The translations under genes were made by a program, and so were the position numbers. A stretch of 30,646 nt of DNA from Octopus sinensis (lineage: Eukaryota): positions 1-30,646 of the forward strand of contig NW_021832454.1 in assembly GCF_006345805.1 (NCBI RefSeq), written 5' to 3'. A model generated the notes under the pieces. It was not told where the DNA came from, ran no database searches, and saw only the letters and a program-made list of their open reading frames with translations. Position 1 is the stretch's first letter. Each line of letters opens with the position of its first letter. Shown here piece after piece: positions 20,793-30,646 of this stretch.

Positions 20793-21032
20793 AAGGCGAT
20801 GAGCTGGTAGAATTGTTAGAACGCCGGGCGAAATGCTTAACACATTTCGTCCTTCTTTACGTTCTGAGTTCAAATTCCGCCGAGGTCGACTTTACTTTTC
20901 ATCCTCTTGGAATTGATAAATAAGTACCAGTTGAACGCTGGGCTTAATGTAATCGACTTACCCCGTTCTGCGAAATTGCTGGCCGCCCCAGCATGACCGC
21001 AATCAAATGACTTAAACAAGTAAAAGATAAAG
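20793..21032 (+). mobile_element. SINE family D head and body with tail 2, fused to the 3' end of SINE A
   Basis: AAGGCGATGAGCTGGTAGAA...GAGTTCAAATTCCGCCGAGGTCGAC...GAAATTGCTGGCC, then CCCCAGCATGACCGCAATCAAATGACTTAAACAAG (20986-21032). Confidence 0.8.
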
Positions 21033-21236
21033 TATAAAAGACAACGGAGGAAAGCGTTAGAATGCGTTCATTAGAGCGTCGGACAAAATAACATGTAGCA
21101 TTTAATTCGAGCTCTTTACGTTCTGACTTCAAATGTCACGGAGTTCGATTTTTTGCCAGTCAAATTTCCAACCCCGATATAAAACGAATGTTCATCTCTC
21201 GGAATTTCTGGCCTTGTGCATATGTAATATATCATT

Positions 21237-21348
21237 AAGGCACCGAGCTGGCAAACTCGTTGACATGCCGGGCAATATCATATGCTTGGCGACATTTCGT
21301 CCGTCTTCACATTCTGAGTTCAAATTCTACCGAAATTTGACTCCTTGT
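21237..21348 (+). mobile_element. Diverged SINE D head; other decayed copies at about 20500-20610, 21050-21150 and 22014-22092
   Basis: AAGGCACCGAGCTGGCAAA...CATTTCGTCCGTCTTCACATTCTGAGTTCAAATTC. Confidence 0.65.
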
Positions 21349-21759
21349 GTCTTTACAAGAAATCATGATTGTGATCCAGGAAAGTGGGAGAGTGTTTGTA
21401 TTATATTCATGTTACTGAGTTAAGGGGGAGTTGTTTTGTTATTTCTGTCGTATTTTCGCTTAATGCTCAATTTATATGAAAAGCTTTGATGATATTGACA
21501 GTTAATTGCTAAATAATTAATATCCGATGTAAATATTGCTTGTTTGCTTGTTTGTTTGCTTGCTTGCTTTCTCCAGCCACGCTTTAGATCTAATAGAGAA
21601 AGAAGGAAGAAAGTGAAGGAGAGATTAGAGAGAGTGTGTGTTAACATAAGAGGTGCGCGATGATTACACATACTAGGCTTAATAGCAGACAAGGAGTAAA
21701 GAAATGTAGCACACACATAATGAGAGAAAGAAAGAATCATAGAGACGGGGGAAGAAGAG

Positions 21760-21960
21760 GAAGAGGAGGAGGAGGAGGAGGAGAATGAGGAGGAGGAGGA
21801 AGAGGGAAGGAGGAGGAGGAAGAAGAAGAAGAAGAAGAAGAAGAAGAAGAAGAAGAAGAAGAAGAAGAAGAAGAAGAAGAAGAAGAAGAAGAAGAAGAAG
21901 AAGAAGAAGAAGAAGAAGAAGAAGAAGAAGAAGAAGAAGAAGAAGAAGACGGCGACGACG
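21760..21960 (+). repeat. Polypurine (GAG)n/(GAA)n tract; pure GAA run about 21819-21949 (about 43 units)
   Basis: Direct reading. Confidence 0.97.
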
Positions 21961-22243
21961 ACGAAGTAGTTTACTGTAACTGAGAAAGACTGCCATAGTT
22001 GATACTTATCGTAAGGAAGGCGGTGAGTTAGCAGGATCGTTAGCACGCCGGACGAAATGCTGATCATGTGCCAAAATTTGAAATCAATATCCATTGTAAT
22101 GAATATTTTCCTTCAATGCTTTCCAAGTAAGCTTTTCGTTAAAATAGTAAGTTATAGTTTTTTGCATTAATCGCTATGGTATTCACTAAATGAACCAAGT
22201 TATAAACAGACTGTTTCAAATTAAGAATATCAATTGCTACAAA

Positions 22244-22702
22244 AATATTAGTTTCAAATTTTGGCACAAGGTCAATAATTTCGAAGGAGGGGGTAAGTCG
22301 ATTACACCGACAACGGGTACTTATTTTACTTTATCGACACCGAAAGGCAAAGTCAACCTCGGCGGAATGTGAACTCAGAACGTAAAGACGTACGAAATAC
22401 CTGTTTCTTTACTACCCACAAGGGGCTAAACACAGATAAGACAAACAAGGACAGACAAACGGATTAAGTAGATTATATCGACCCCAGTGCGTAATTGGTA
22501 TTTATTTAATCGACCCCGAAAGGATGAAAGGCAAAGTCGACCTCGGCGGAATTTGAACTCAGAACGTAGCGGCAGACGAAATACCCGTTTCTTTACTACT
22601 CACAAGGGGCTAAACACAGAGGAGACAAACAAGGACAGACAGACGGATTAAGTCAATTATATCGACCCTAGTGCGTAACTGGTACTTAATTTATCGACCC
22701 CG
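22244..22702 (-). mobile_element. Head-to-tail array of SINE D monomers (period about 184 bp)
   Basis: GTTTCTTTACTAC at 22403 and 22587; B-box-like GAGTTCAAATTCC on the minus strand; two units with tail 1 and a terminal unit with tail 2. Confidence 0.88.
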
Positions 22703-23053
22703 TTAGCGTGTAGAAGAAACTGCTATTATATTATGAATTCAAATCTCGTCGAAATAACTGTTGCATCCCATCCTTTCAGAGACGGTAAAATAAAATGCTT
22801 ATCCAAGGCAGTAAAACAGCAGAATTTCTTAGAGCCAAAGAGAGGTAAAATGATTTGTGATATTTGTTTCGGATCTTCATGTTCTGCTTTTCAAGTACAA
22901 CGATACTGATACCAAGTTATGTCGGACCAAGTCTTTTTCTTGGATAGCGTCAATGGCGTTGAGGGGATACGTGACCGATAGATATGTTAGAAACTACTTG
23001 CAAGTGAGTGGGTAGAATATACTCGGTTTTCGTTGTTATGAAGTTAGCCGCTG

Positions 23054-23514
23054 AATATTAATTGAAAACAAGGAACGATGCAACATTTTGTAGTCATTGT
23101 CATGAAGAATATAGTGATAGCGAGCAAGATACATTACCTTAAAACATTGCAAATGTGTTTTGTTTAAACCCCAAAACAGCCCAAGTGACTTCGAAGTCAC
23201 TGCACTTGTAAAAGTTTAATTAGATGGATAGACAGAGAGACGGGGATAGACAGTTAGACAGACAGACTGATTGGTTGAGAGACAAACAACAGACAGACAA
23301 ATAGACAGACAGATGGTTAGTTAGAAATAGAGAGAGATGGGCAGGCAGACAGCTAGTCAGACAGACAGACAAATAGACAGACAGATGGTTAGTTAGAAAT
23401 AGAGAGAGATGGGCAGGCAGACAGCTAGTCAGACAGACAGACAAATAGACAGACAGATGGTTAGTTAGAAATAGAGAGAGATGGGCAGGCAGACAGCTAG
23501 ACAGACAGACAGAC

Positions 23515-23563
<49 letters not shown>

Positions 23564-23616
23564 TGAACAGACTGACAAACAGACAGACAAATGCAAAGAG
23601 AAACAGACGAACAGAC
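23054..23616 (+). repeat. Copy 1 of a local direct duplication (copy 2 at 30006-30383); includes an 18-bp palindrome (23184-23201) and three 72-bp tandem units
   Basis: AATATTAATTGAAAACAAG...GAAGTCACTGC...AATTAGATGGATAGACAG is shared with few mismatches; ATGGTTAG at 23313, 23385 and 23457. Confidence 0.93.
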
Positions 23617-24751
23617 TTTTGAATAGTGTCGCCGAATGTAGGTAAAAGCTAAACAAGCTACTTCTTAGGGCTTCTCAAGCAAGAAAATCCTACAAGTGTT
23701 GTGTGAGATCTTCTGGTTTCAAATTTTTAACAAAGGGCCACCAAGCTTTATATAGCTTAGGGTCCCACCAACTCTATATCCAACACTGTTGTAGAAGTTG
23801 TGTTATAATGTTGGACGTTAATGATAGAATGCGAGCTACGAATGGTGTTACATATTGAAAGCATCTTGATTAAGTATGCTCCGTTAGTAATAGGGCTATT
23901 TATCAGATTGTGTGTAAAATCATGCGCCATTCATCAAGAATTATTAATCGATTTTCCTGTCATACTGAATTGATATAGTCAATCTTTTGTATTTGCTATG
24001 ATTCTTACATACGCACTCACATAACTACATATAACTATGTAGTTACGTGTGTGTCTCCATGTATTCCATGTCCCAATGTTTGCATGCTGCTTCTATTAGG
24101 TCGAGTGACCACAATAGAAGTTCTCTTGCTGTCTTGTTCTCACGTGTGTTTCTATGTGATATTTTAATTTATCTGTTGTGTATTTTAATGTATTTATGCT
24201 TTAATTTATTATAATTTTTTTTTCTCCTACAATCATAATTATCCAAACAATATGGTTGCTCCCCTGGAGAACGATTGCTGAACGTGCTTGGATTGAATAT
24301 TGGCATAGTAAAGTGTTTATTTGAAGGTCAATCTCTTTTTGAAGTTAATTATCAATAGGTACAATTGTTGTAGCCACAAATCAACAAAGCACGTTGCTAG
24401 AAATAACAATGAATCTCCCTCAAGTTACACACTACCGTCTTCAAAAAGATTAAGAAATTAGTTTTAGCGGTGGATGCACTATTTCTAAATAAAAGACGGG
24501 TTGGTCATCAATCCCATCACCAGTATACAGCTCACCGCCGACTACTACTACATCTACCACCACTGCCACCAATAATAATGTAAACAGCTACCTTCACCGC
24601 TACTGCTTTTAAGTTACAGCTAGCCATCCACCACCATAGGCAACACCGTTTTGGGAGATCTATTACATTCTCCCATTGCTACTACCACTATGCAGACAAA
24701 GCAGAGTCAGTGCCCGTACTGCAATCATCATGGCAGAATCTACGTAAACTT

Positions 24752-24792
24752 ACATTTCTGATGATGGACCTTTATGCTTGAAATATAAAAAT
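24752..24792 (+). ncRNA. Decayed hammerhead-like motif
   Basis: TTT-CTGATGA-TGGACCTTTATGCTT-GAA-ATAT-A-AAA: core and palindromic stem III present, stem II poorly paired. Confidence 0.35.
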
Positions 24793-25570
24793 ATTACTTA
24801 TCTTTCCCTTTTTGCATTGTAAGAAACTCTCCGTCTTTACTATTTGTTATTTTTTTTCTGTATCACAATGATTTAAGCAAACTACAACGCTCTTCTTTCA
24901 TATTTGGAAATAAGTTTACTCAATCAAGGTTTCTTGTGGTTATTGAAATACTTTTTTTATATCTGTCTGTTCGTCCCCGATAACATCTTGGTCATATGAC
25001 ACCTGTTACATTTGCGATATTTTAGATTCAAAGTCTCTTTACTCAAATCTTCCTGGCTTAATCATAGACGTAACAGCAGTACACCCGAATCCATGACTAT
25101 TTTCAGTGTCTCATTTACTGATAACTTACAAAGATGAAGCAGGAGTATTTAACAATTGCACAACTTAGAAATCGAATCCTGATCACTATATCCAATGTAA
25201 AAAACCGCAAGAACGAGATCGTGATTCGCTCAAATATTAGTGACGTCGTCAAGAAATATGTGACCACTTAAGAATTCTTGTGGAACCGGAACGAATAACA
25301 ATTTCATCTTTGGCGCGCACTTTCTGAAAAGGTATCGGTTTTATATATTCAACGCATTTTAGCCACTAAACAGCAAACAGTAGTAGTGCACTAGCAAGCA
25401 TATCAGAGCAGTGTCAGGACACTAAAACAATGGACGACAACGACGATAACACATCCTAACCAGCTAACACCAAGAAACGCGATGGAGGCTACTTTATTCA
25501 GCGATACATCATAAAAGCTTCGAACTATCTTCATGTAAATACTGTTTCTATGTGGCTTGTAGTAAAATTT

Positions 25571-25862
25571 AAACTCAGAACGTAGTGACAGACGAAATAC
25601 ATATTTCTTTACTACCCACAAGGGGCTAAACACAGAAGGGACAAACAAGGACAGACACACGGATTAAGTCGATTATATCGACCCCAGTGCGTAATTGGTA
25701 CTTATTTAATCGACCCCGAAAGGATGAAAGGCAAAGTCGACCTCGGCGGAATTTGAACTCAGAACGTAGCAGCAGACGAAATACCGCTAAGCATATCGCC
25801 CAGCATGCTAACGTTTCTTATTTCTTTATTGCCCACAAGGGTCTAAACATAGAGGGGAGAAA
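25571..25862 (-). mobile_element. Second SINE D tandem array
   Basis: Tail-to-head junctions at 25600/25601 and about 25818; same monomer as 22403-22586. Confidence 0.88.
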
Positions 25863-26128
25863 CTCTCATCAAGATAACTGTTAGCTCTCACTGCGCTTGC
25901 AACCGTGTGCGGTCATTTGTTGGCGCGCTATAGAACAAATCCGAGAACTTGTTGATACCACATCGTACATAGATGTATACATATTTTAATTCTCTGTCTG
26001 ACAAATTATTTATGGGAGACATCTTACATGTTTTTCTACATGAATATCTCTAGCTATTTTTAACCAATGAAACATGCTATGAAAAATAAATAATACAAAA
26101 TTTTTTTCCAGTACACTGTTTTCATGTG

Positions 26129-26174
<46 letters not shown>

Positions 26175-26343
26175 CATACACACGCACTCACAAACACACG
26201 CACAAGCGCGCGAGACATGGGAACTTAAAAGTTTTCGAAGACTGTGCTTCAGTATGGTCGCAGTCCAATTATTGAAGCAAGTAAAAGTAAAAGGTATATA
26301 TGGTGTGTATATACTATAATATTACTTTTATTTGTTTTATTTA

Positions 26344-26766
26344 TTTCAGTCATTTTACTACGGCCATGCTGGGGCAGCGCCTTTTGAAGACACATCGACT
26401 TATTCTTTGTACGCCCAGTACTTATTCTCTTTTGCCGAACCGCTGATTTATGGGGACGTAAATACACCAGCACCGCTGATAGTGGGGGACAAACACAGAC
26501 ACACAAAACATATATATATATATATCTATATATATATATATATATATATATTAATATATATATATATAATAATATATATCTATATATATATATATATATA
26601 CGACGGGCTTCTTTCAGTTTCAGTTTCCGTCTACCATCCACTCACAAGGCTCTGGTCGACCCGAGTAATAGCAGAAGACACTTGCCGAAGGTGCCACGCA
26701 GTGGGACTGAGCCCGGAACATGTGATTGGTAAGCAAGCTACTTACTACAACACCCCTCCTGCTCCT
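26344..26766 (-). mobile_element. SINE family A; a plus-strand tail end lies tail-to-tail at about 26248-26292
   Basis: TTTCAGTCATTTTAC...GCCGAACCGC...(TA)n...CGACGGGCTTCTTTCAG...CAGTGGGACTGAGCCCGGAAC. Confidence 0.88.
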
Positions 26767-26774
26767 ATATATAT

Positions 26775-26811
<37 letters not shown>

Positions 26812-26834
26812 CTATATATTATATATTAATATAT

Positions 26835-27025
26835 CGCCTACATACATACATAAATACATACATACACACACACATACATACATACATACATACATACATA
26901 CATACATACATACATACATACATGCATGCATGCATACATACACCATACATACATACATACATACATACATACATACATACATACATACATACATACATAC
27001 ATACATACATACATACATACATACA

Positions 27026-27056
<31 letters not shown>
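26835..27056 (+). repeat. (TACA)n microsatellite
   Basis: Direct reading. Confidence 0.96.
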
Positions 27057-27057
<1 letters not shown>

Positions 27058-27641
27058 AATGTATATGTTTCCATCTAATTTTCGTTTCCTTCATTTCCCC
27101 TAAAATTTCTTTAATTAGGTACATATGAAGATGTAAATGCACTGTCAGTTTGATCCTATTTGAAATATTTCAACATATCTCTCACGTATGAAGGCTTTGC
27201 AAAAATTTTGCTGTGAATATTAAGATGTGTTCCCGGTTATTGACATGAGTTCGTTTTTATGGCATGCTTCTTTTTCCTAAATTATTGATTTCCATTGATT
27301 TACAACATCTAAGTTTGTCGTGGTAAATATTCAAATTTGGCTCTTTCTATTATTTTTTAAATCTCGAATAAATTCCTAATTTCTGAGTCAAGGTGTCTTC
27401 TTATTTCTAGTTAATTGAATGTTTTTTTTTTTTTTCATTCCACGTAAAATAGATGGATTGTAATTCCATCATTGTGATAATCTTGGATAACTTATGTGAT
27501 TTCTTTCACTTCACGGATTCGATTTCTTGTTGAAAGCAAACAAGAGATGAAATATTTGATACTATTAAAAATTTGACTCAATCAAAACTTTGATTCAAAC
27601 AGTGATAAAACATCAGATTATCAAATTGCATTAGAACATGC

Positions 27642-28014
27642 TGTAGTACTCCTCAATTTATACGTGCTGGTCATTACATGAATACAAGAACAAGGAAAGA
27701 AGTCGGTTCAAGTGAGAATATGAAATGTAAGTTAAGAAGGTTAAGATACTGCATTAAATGTATGATCTGCAAAGATTTATATGTCGGCCAGACGAGAAAT
27801 TCATAGTCAGAACGCACACGAATACACCAGCAGCAGATTCGACTCCATCGGGTCAGACAGACACCTTTAAGTGCACATTTAGAGGTATTTAGCAATAAAG
27901 ATTTCTTAATATTTCTATTTTATAAACTTTACAATTCAAATGAGGTTAAAAGAAAAACAAAAACATAAAAATACATTTATTGAGAAGTTCAAACCAGTTC
28001 TTAATGGACAGTAA
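27642..28014 (+). pseudogene. Penelope/Poseidon-type GIY-YIG endonuclease remnant
   Basis: CSTPQFIRAG...NMKCKLRRLRYCIKCMICKDLYVGQTRNS*SERTRIHQQQIR...PLSAHLE...FLIFLFYKL, then a frameshift, then FIEKFKPVLN. Matches the CxxC...C...YCIxC..C...YVGQT...R...H...FIxxFKPxLN architecture. Confidence 0.85.
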
Positions 28015-28454
28015 TGTTGATTTAAAATTCAATTTGGATAAAAATTTGGTTTCATTTGAAGATAGCATTCATTTTAAAAAAGGTATGTGTGTGTATGTGT
28101 CTGTGCATGTGTGTGCGTATATGTGTATGTGTGTGTATGCGTGCGTGCTGATAGACGGTTATATGAATGTATATACATATGTATCCATATATCTTTATAT
28201 GACTATATACCTATGTAAAGATGTATGTATGAAGTATTATTATATGGTATAGAGATGTAGTGTGACTATGTATTATTTATTATATGTTATTTATATATAT
28301 ATATATATATAATATATATATATAATATATATATATATGGATATAAGCACAAATATATATATGCACATATATATACGCATATATATGCATATATATATAC
28401 GCATATATATATATACGCATATATATCCATATATATATATAAGCATATATATGC

Positions 28455-28556
28455 ATATGTATGTATGTATGTGTGTATGCATGTATTTATGTATGTATGT
28501 ATGTATGTATGTATGTATGTATGTATGTATGTATGTATGTATGTATGTATGTATAA
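28455..28556 (+). repeat. (TATG)n microsatellite
   Basis: Direct reading. Confidence 0.95.
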
Positions 28557-29031
28557 GCTTCGAAATAGTAACCAAAGTTTCTGAATTTTCTTTCATATTT
28601 CTAGTTTATAATGAGTTTATAAGAGTAAATGAGCAAAAGACGAATTAAATGATGCAATACTGAAGCAGTTACCTCCCTTTACGGTTCAACAACGCTATTG
28701 TTCTAAGTTTTGAGAGAATATGATAGAAACAAAATATGTATAGACTTAAATACTCACCTAGATACGGTTGCTGTGTAAATATTTACATAAATATTTGATA
28801 CCAAAATTTCACAAACATAAATTAACAAACATAAATATTGGATACCAATAATTAACAAACTTAACTGCTTCTAAGTAGCCTGAAAGTCCTCGTGTATTCA
28901 CAAAAACAATAAATAAATTGAGAAAAGCCAGGTATGTTGGAATTTAGTTGTCGTATATTTATTCTGTGCTGACATTATTATATTAAATATTAACTGAAGT
29001 ATAATGCTCATATATATATATATCTATATAT

Positions 29032-29206
<175 letters not shown>

Positions 29207-29297
29207 TGTATAAAACGTGTTTCATATTAAACTGGAGGAGTGACCAATACTTCTTAGTTGAGCACATATTTATTAAACTTTAATAAAGGAAAAGTTG

Positions 29298-29341
29298 ACA
29301 ACTACTTGGAAGTTTCGGCTTGCTCACCTTCGTCAGACTGT
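29298..29341 (-). ncRNA. Type I hammerhead ribozyme motif with canonical core
   Basis: Minus strand ACAGT-CTGACGA-A-GGT(GAGCAA)GCC-GAA-ACTT(CC)AAGT-A-GTTGT: GUA triplet; stem I 5 bp including two G.U pairs; AATAAA downstream. Confidence 0.72.
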
Positions 29342-29471
29342 GTTTTACTTAGTTTCTTTTGTTGATTTAAATAGATTGTATTCTTTGTAGGCAAGTGTAT
29401 GGGATGTTGCTGTATCTTTTTTTGAATTAATGCTTGGAAAGTGTTCACGACGAGACTATAATTCTTTTATT

Positions 29472-29842
29472 CTTTTACTTGCTTCGACCCTAGGACATAT
29501 TCTTTGTAAGCCTACGACTTATTCTATCACTAAGTTACGTGAACGTAAATACACCATCATCGGCTGTCAATCAATGGTGGGCGCACAAACACGAACACAA
29601 ACACACAAGTATACACACACACATATACGCACATATATATATATATATATATAAAGAAGCTCATCATTTATATATATATATATATAAATGATGGGCTTCT
29701 TTCAATTTCCGTCTACCATATCTACTCGCAAGGCTTTGGTCGGCCCGAGGCTATAGTAGAAGACAGCAGCCCAAGTGCGACACAGTGGGACTGAACCCAG
29801 AACCATGTGGTTGGGAAGCAGACTTCTTACAACACATCCACG
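29472..29842 (-). mobile_element. SINE family A, diverged, tail partly deleted
   Basis: CTTTTACTTGCTTCGACCC...GGGCTTCTTTCAATTTCCGTCTACC...CAGTGGGACTGAACCCAGAACCATGTGGTTGG. Confidence 0.85.
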
Positions 29843-30005
29843 CTTGGTCAGCTGAATCTTTTTCTTATAAAACTTTAATAAACATTTACTCTACTAAAAT
29901 TATTGAATAATCCTTCAATTTAATGTGAAATTGCTTTAGTATACAACCTGACATAAAAGCAAACGTCATTATGGTAGCTCCATTCCATCGCGAATGCTTT
30001 CCTAT

Positions 30006-30383
30006 AATATTAATTGAAAACAAGAAACGATGCAACATTTTGTAGTCATTTTCATGAAGAATATAGTGATAGCGAGCAAGATACATTACCTTAAAACATT
30101 GCAAAAGGGTTTTGTTTAAACCCCAAAACAGCCCAAGTGACTTCGAAGTCACTGCCCTTGTAAAAGTTTAATTAGATGGATAGACAGAAAGACAGGGATA
30201 GATAGTTAGACAGACAGACTGATTGATTGATTGATAGACAGACAATCAGACAGACAGCTAGACAGACAGGTGGTTAGTTAGAAATAAAGAGAGATAGGCA
30301 GGCAGACAGCTAGACTAACAGACAGACAAAAAGACAGACAGATGAACAGACAGACAAATGCAAAGAGAAACAGACGAACAGAC
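30006..30383 (+). repeat. Copy 2 of the 23054-23616 duplication (single 72-bp-like unit; palindrome at 30136-30153)
   Basis: Direct comparison; offset 6952 bp. Confidence 0.93.
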
Positions 30384-30408
30384 AGACAGACAGACAGACA
30401 AACAGACG

Positions 30409-30439
<31 letters not shown>

Positions 30440-30470
30440 AGATATATATATATACATATATATAGATAGA

Positions 30471-30590
30471 TTGGCCTGCTCGCTTAGCCAGCGGGGTGGC
30501 GTCATTCGAAGGCTAAAACAATGCGAACGCATTGTGACCAGCGATGTGTAACAACATCTGATGGTCTGGTCGGTCACGTGATCACGTGAT

Positions 30591-30623
<33 letters not shown>

Positions 30624-30646
30624 AGATAGATAGATAGATAGATAGA
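30471..30646 (+). mobile_element. 5'-truncated SINE family C 3' end with (GATA)n tail
   Basis: TTGGCCTGCTCGCTTAGCCAGCGGGGTGGCG...GGTCGGTCACGTGAT matches the reverse complement of 13047-13170. Confidence 0.88.

Noticed and set aside
21420-22094. Poly-Phe, poly-Leu and poly-Arg ORFs
   Set aside because: Translations of the (GAA)n tract
22403-23500. Regularly spaced 184-bp and 72-bp repeats as a possible CRISPR-like array
   Set aside because: Units are fully repeated with no unique spacers, the DNA is eukaryotic, and no cas genes are present
24520-24750. Thr/Asn-rich frame and a CPYC motif
   Set aside because: Short low-complexity frames interrupted by stops; no splice support

Overview
AT-rich eukaryotic non-coding DNA. 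The SINE families are ones I recognise from Octopus genomes (inference, no search run). No intact protein-coding gene can be supported, and most ORFs in the track are microsatellite read-throughs. The window contains: (1) four tRNA-like SINE families in many copies, some nested, chimeric or tandem; (2) a Tc1 (DD34E, IR/DR) transposon missing its outer right end; (3) a mariner derivative built from two inverted 5' ends; (4) a pogo-like MITE; (5) a decayed HERO-like non-LTR RT; (6) Penelope-like element (PLE) debris, including GIY-YIG endonuclease remnants; (7) long microsatellites. The most notable signal is a set of minimal type I hammerhead ribozyme motifs from several unrelated sequence families: 3-38 (+), 5436-5484 (-), 6118-6166 (-), 29298-29341 (-), with decayed ones at 10963-11010 and 24752-24792. 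The pair at 5.4 and 6.1 kb has a swapped G3-C8 core (GUGAACA), and each sits in the loop of a long fold-back whose two arms share copy-specific variants. Long inverted repeats are unusually dense throughout.
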